DNA of 64,000 nt from Escherichia coli. Lineage in GTDB: Bacteria > Pseudomonadota > Gammaproteobacteria > Enterobacterales > Enterobacteriaceae. The notes below the pieces were generated by a model. That model was not told where the DNA came from. It searched no databases and worked only from the letters and a program-made list of their open reading frames with translations. The DNA is taken from the NCBI RefSeq assembly GCF_041886205.1, contig NZ_CP169031.1, one strand, 5' to 3'. Shown one piece after another: positions 60,044-64,000 of this stretch. Each line of letters opens with the position of its first letter. Within the stretch, counting starts at the first letter, position 1. The position numbers and the translations under genes were made by a program.

Positions 60044-60118
60044 TGATCAAATGATCAAGTGATCACTATTTGACCTGATAAGGTATTGAACTGTATGGAT
60101 TTACAGGTAAATTGATCA
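60044..60118. promoter_or_regulatory. Cluster of four TGATCA (Dam GATC) sites upstream of cre
   Basis: TGATCA at 60044, 60052 and 60060 (exact 8-bp spacing) and at 60113; consistent with the Dam-methylation-sensitive cre promoter region described for P1. Confidence 0.5.
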
Positions 60119-60136
60119 TGTTCAATAACCCTTAAG

Positions 60137-60170
60137 ATAACTTCGTATAATGTATGCTATACGAAGTTAT
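60137..60170. other. loxP: loxP site
   Basis: Exact ataacttcgtata-atgtatgc-tatacgaagttat. Confidence 0.97.
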
Positions 60171-60213
60171 TAGGTCTGAAGAGGAGTTTACGTCCAGCTG
60201 CGCATAAAAATCA

Positions 60214-60230
60214 ATAATTATTAGAGCAAT
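60214..60230. promoter_or_regulatory. C1 operator-like site (ataattattagagcaat)
   Basis: Consensus match between loxP and coi. Confidence 0.55.
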
Positions 60231-60296
60231 AAATTTTGAGAGAAAAATCCCACTCCACCAGCCAAAAACTGGATTGTTTTTCATAGTTGTTTGACA

Positions 60297-60313
60297 ATTG
60301 CTCTAATAAATTA
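60297..60313. promoter_or_regulatory. C1 operator-like site (attgctctaataaatta)
   Basis: Near-perfect consensus in the opposite orientation to the 60214 site; preceded by ttgaca. Confidence 0.6.
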
Positions 60314-60551
60314 TAGTTTTGCCGCCGTTTCGTAATACGACTTTGGATTCACTATTTAATGTGTCTTCAGCGTTGTAGAGCGGCTCAGAAGGAAATGAGC
60401 AAACAGGGAAACCTTATACAACGGCATTACAGCTATGCATTGCTCATCTTACACACAGCGCAATGTTGTTAGATTACCCCAGCATGGATCATGGGTGAAA
60501 CAGTAGGTCAGAGCTTCAGGCTCTGTGTTGTCAATACAGTGAGGCATAATT

Positions 60552-60761
60552 ATGGCTTTCATTCCACCAACCATCGACGACGTTAGACATTGCTCTAACG
60601 CTTTATCTGTAGACCCCGCCGAAACCGACGCTGCCCGCGCCATTGCTGAACACTACTCAAAGATATCCAATCAGGAGTACCGCATCACCCAAGACGACCT
60701 GGATGATCTCACTGACACAATCGAATATCTCATGGCCACTAACCAGCCAGACTCACAATAA
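60552..60761 (+). CDS. coi: Coi (C1 inactivator)
   Basis: 69-aa ORF immediately upstream of c1. Confidence 0.7.
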   Translation: MAFIPPTIDDVRHCSNALSVDPAETDAARAIAEHYSKISNQEYRITQDDLDDLTDTIEYLMATNQPDSQ

Positions 60762-60871
60762 ATGCACTAATAAATCTATTATTTTCGTTGGATCCTTCTA
60801 TAATGGTGGCCAACAACTCCCAGTGTAATCCGCTGTGAGTTGTTGGCCATGTCAATTCTGGAGGAGGATCA

Positions 60872-61723
60872 ATGATAAATTATGTCTACGGCGAACAACT
60901 GTACCAGGAGTTCGTCAGTTTCAGGGATCTCTTTCTAAAAAAAGCTGTTGCACGCGCCCAACACGTTGATGCCGCCAGCGACGGTCGTCCTGTTCGCCCG
61001 GTTGTCGTTCTGCCGTTCAAAGAAACGGACAGCATTCAGGCTGAAATTGATAAATGGACTTTAATGGCGCGGGAACTGGAACAGTACCCAGACCTCAATA
61101 TCCCAAAGACTATTTTATATCCAGTGCCTAACATCCTTCGCGGTGTGCGTAAGGTTACAACTTATCAGACAGAAGCTGTGAACAGCGTCAACATGACTGC
61201 TGGCCGCATTATTCATCTGATTGATAAGGACATTCGCATCCAGAAAAGCGCGGGGATCAATGAGCACAGTGCGAAATACATAGAGAACCTGGAAGCAACA
61301 AAAGAGCTAATGAAGCAGTACCCGGAGGATGAAAAATTCCGTATGCGCGTACACGGCTTTAGCGAAACAATGCTGCGCGTCCATTACATTTCCAGTAGCC
61401 CTAACTACAATGATGGTAAATCAGTTAGTTACCATGTGCCGCTATGTGGTGTGTTTATCTGCGATGAAACTCTCCGTGATGGAATCATCATCAACGGTGA
61501 ATTCGAGAAAGCAAAATTTAGCCTTTATGACTCTATAGAACCGATCATCTGCGACCGCTGGCCGCAGGCAAAAATATATCGCCTGGCAGATATTGAAAAT
61601 GTAAAAAAACAAATTGCCATCACTCGCGAAGAGAAAAAGGTCAAATCAGCCGCATCAGTTACGCGCAGCCGTAAAACTAAGAAGGGGCAGCCAGTAAACG
61701 ACAACCCCGAAAGCGCGCAATAG
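60872..61723 (+). CDS. c1: C1 immunity repressor
   Basis: 283 aa starting MINYVYGEQLYQEF; matching operator-like sites are spread across the window. Confidence 0.85.
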   Translation: MINYVYGEQLYQEFVSFRDLFLKKAVARAQHVDAASDGRPVRPVVVLPFKETDSIQAEIDKWTLMARELEQYPDLNIPKTILYPVPNILRGVRKVTTYQTEAVNSVNMTAGRIIHLIDKDIRIQKSAGINEHSAKYIENLEATKELMKQYPEDEKFRMRVHGFSETMLRVHYISSSPNYNDGKSVSYHVPLCGVFICDETLRDGIIINGEFEKAKFSLYDSIEPIICDRWPQAKIYRLADIENVKKQIAITREEKKVKSAASVTRSRKTKKGQPVNDNPESAQ

Positions 61724-61747
61724 TTTCTATCCGGCATGATCAATGAG

Positions 61748-63232
61748 TTATTCATTAAGCCATGCCAGAGCTTCATCAACCTGCGCTTCGTCTTCGACGC
61801 TAAGCACTTCATCCTGGGGAACATAATCCGCCAGCATAGCGAAACAATATGTATCCCAATGGTCTGGTGAGTGCAGGTTGAGTTTTTTCTTCATATCCTC
61901 CTTACTCATCACCTTCCATTGACCTGCGGAGTTAATCCCTACAGGGATTTTCGACGCTTCCTCAATAGTTTCATTACCCTTATCCAGTCTCATACGACCA
62001 GATTTTACGGCCTCTGCGGCTTGAACGTTGGCATAAGCACGTTTATCAAAGTACAGGCTCTTATCTTCACGGCTATGCATCTTTTTACCCCAGCGTATAC
62101 GCTGTACGGTAATACCATAATACTCGTACATCAGATCCGCCGTTGCTTTACCCAGGCCATCGCCGTCTATCGCTATGGTGATATTTGGGAATCGCTCAGG
62201 ATTACATTCTGCGAAAATTTTGGCGGCAAGCTGCGTTTCTGTAACGTCTGTGTATTCCAGCATTCGATAGTTGATTACACGGCGTTTATTTCGCTGGCCG
62301 GACACCATCATGATATTGATAACGGACTTATCCCGTCCCGTACCACCAGCAACGTCCACACATGCAAGCCAGCCCCATCCTTTTGCAATCTTGACTTTCC
62401 GCCTCGTTGCACGTTCAACCTCATCACGTCCAAGAAGGAAGCCATCCTGTGATTTAGGGAATAGGCCGCGTACCTTAATCATGTACATAGGGTTATCACG
62501 CCCGCCGTACTCCGCCAGCTTCATTTTGATAAATGCTGGCGTTACCAGCGGTGATTCCTCACTGTTAAGCGTGATCGCCGTATAAACGCCATCAGGGTTA
62601 CCAGGACGCTTGGCCAGTTTATGGTGAGTATCGTAGAAATAGCCGCTTGGGCGTGTAGGCTGTGACAGTAATAAGATGCGGTTATCCTGTCCGGTAAGAG
62701 CACCGGTGATGATACCGAAAGCTCTATCACTGACACCGGAGGCTTCATCGATAATATACAGAAGATGATCTGCGTGTTCACCGGCGAGAGCTTCTTCACT
62801 TCCCAGACGAAAGCCCTTCGGTACTACAGTCCATACACCTTTACCAGTAACCTCATAGAAAGCGGTTTCTGTCAGAACAAAATAATCAGCAAGCCATGGA
62901 AAACGGCTGGTGGCAGTAGCCCAGTTTATCTTGATGTACTTGAAAATACCGGTCATTACCTGCTGAATTTTGTTCGCAACGATAATGGCGCGGGCACCGG
63001 GATACATGATTATGAACAACATGATCATGATAGAAGTCATGTCTGATTTCCCGGTACCGTGACCAGACGAAACAGATGTCTTGCTACCCTGTTCCTGCAC
63101 AGACTCAATAATCAGATCCTGCTGCCAGGTAGGTGTTTTGCCGAACAAAACATCAGCGGCCGCAATCCAGTCATAACGATATAGCGCCACCAGCTCGCGC
63201 CAACGTGGATCCGTTACGCAACTTCTGGCCAT
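61748..63232 (-). CDS. pacB: Terminase (pacase) large subunit PacB
   Basis: 494-aa ORF convergent with c1 and overlapping the pacA stop. Confidence 0.7.
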   Translation of the reverse strand: MARSCVTDPRWRELVALYRYDWIAAADVLFGKTPTWQQDLIIESVQEQGSKTSVSSGHGTGKSDMTSIMIMLFIIMYPGARAIIVANKIQQVMTGIFKYIKINWATATSRFPWLADYFVLTETAFYEVTGKGVWTVVPKGFRLGSEEALAGEHADHLLYIIDEASGVSDRAFGIITGALTGQDNRILLLSQPTRPSGYFYDTHHKLAKRPGNPDGVYTAITLNSEESPLVTPAFIKMKLAEYGGRDNPMYMIKVRGLFPKSQDGFLLGRDEVERATRRKVKIAKGWGWLACVDVAGGTGRDKSVINIMMVSGQRNKRRVINYRMLEYTDVTETQLAAKIFAECNPERFPNITIAIDGDGLGKATADLMYEYYGITVQRIRWGKKMHSREDKSLYFDKRAYANVQAAEAVKSGRMRLDKGNETIEEASKIPVGINSAGQWKVMSKEDMKKKLNLHSPDHWDTYCFAMLADYVPQDEVLSVEDEAQVDEALAWLNE

Positions 63233-64000
63233 TAATCATCATCCCCGTATAGCTTGCGGGTAACTTCTTCGTCTTCCTCCTCGTCTTCGTCCAGGTCTTG
63301 TTCCAGCCATGGGTCGTTTGATACACCTTCAGTATCAACATCTCCATAACCGCCTGTATCAACGATATCGGCGATTTCTTCCCTACGCTGCTCAATCCAC
63401 AATGCGGCATCGGCGCGGCGGTTGGCGGCCCGTTCTCGCGCAACTTTATCCAGATCTTCAAGAGAAGGACCACCGACGGCTGTTTGCCTTTCCTCATCAT
63501 CGGTATTGGTCTTAGGAGCACGCAGATCGGCTTTGATTTGCTCCAGCATCAGAGGCGGAACTTTCCCACCATGCGCCTCGATGAATTCAGCTGCTTCCAG
63601 CACTGACCAGTTATTTTCACGCTTTCGTTCGTATGCCAGCTTAACAATGCCAGCTTGCCCCATAGACAAAGCGTGCTTTTCCGCCTCCCGGCTTTCTTTT
63701 CGATAGTTATTCCGGATGCTGTAAATGGTGTTGATCAGGCTGCTTATCTGCGCGGAACAGCTGTTTAGCATGCTCGCGATACGGTATTCAGGCGGAGTAC
63801 CTTCATCATCGTCTTTTTGCTGATCGCGCATTTCCTGCACCAGGCGAATACACGTATCCCTGGCGTTCTCCAGCATAAGGAGATGAGAAAGAGACTTTTC
63901 AAGAAGAGTGGTTTCCAGAACATCGGCCCCGGACCGACGCAACATAGCGCGCGCGGCCTTCCGCGCTTCAACGTTATCTATCAGGTAATCGCCAGCTTCG
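63232..64000 (-). CDS. pacA: Pacase subunit PacA, 3' part only
   Basis: Minus-strand ORF open to the window edge; the N-terminus and pac site are expected beyond 64000. One TGATCA is visible at 63733. Confidence 0.55.
   Translation of the reverse strand, partial: EAGDYLIDNVEARKAARAMLRRSGADVLETTLLEKSLSHLLMLENARDTCIRLVQEMRDQQKDDDEGTPPEYRIASMLNSCSAQISSLINTIYSIRNNYRKESREAEKHALSMGQAGIVKLAYERKRENNWSVLEAAEFIEAHGGKVPPLMLEQIKADLRAPKTNTDDEERQTAVGGPSLEDLDKVARERAANRRADAALWIEQRREEIADIVDTGGYGDVDTEGVSNDPWLEQDLDEDEEEDEEVTRKLYGDDD

Noticed and set aside
63232-63945. Treating the 237-aa ORF as a complete pacA
   Set aside because: The frame remains open to the window edge and PacA is expected to be about 400 aa; the gene is truncated by the window boundary.

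Overview
The window is about 64 kb of a P1-like temperate phage-plasmid, read as the reverse complement of the conventional P1 map. This call rests on RepA with nine incA iterons, parA/parB, a perfect 34-bp loxP next to Cre, C1 and Coi, many 17-bp C1 operator-like sites, the ImmI c4-icd-ant module with kilA-repL, the Cin-invertible tail-fibre C-segment, the lydA/lydB-hdf-darA-ddrB operon, ssb, lyz, pro/prt, the 2255-aa DarB and pacB/pacA. All names are assigned from recalled family features, not from a search. Against that backbone, five loci look like accessory or rearranged content: (1) the slot between lxc and ref carries no type III res-mod pair and no IS1, but an AT-rich GNAT acetyltransferase gene plus a 222-aa unknown; (2) an AT-rich three-gene module (two Sec-signal proteins and a membrane protein with a periplasmic SH3b-like domain) sits at the sim position between c4 and the pmg/sit genes; (3) an orphan ParA/MinD-like ATPase is convergent with a small DUF3892-like protein next to repL; (4) a protein with a DUF2829/Tad2-like C-terminal domain lies in the C1-controlled ssb operon; (5) an IS66-family element is inserted 11 bp upstream of the cin start codon. 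Loci 1-4 are the best candidates for an undescribed defence, exclusion or anti-defence function, but I cannot rule out that some are ordinary P1 backbone genes (sim, rlf, hxr) that I do not recognise. No CRISPR array, rRNA or tRNA was found.
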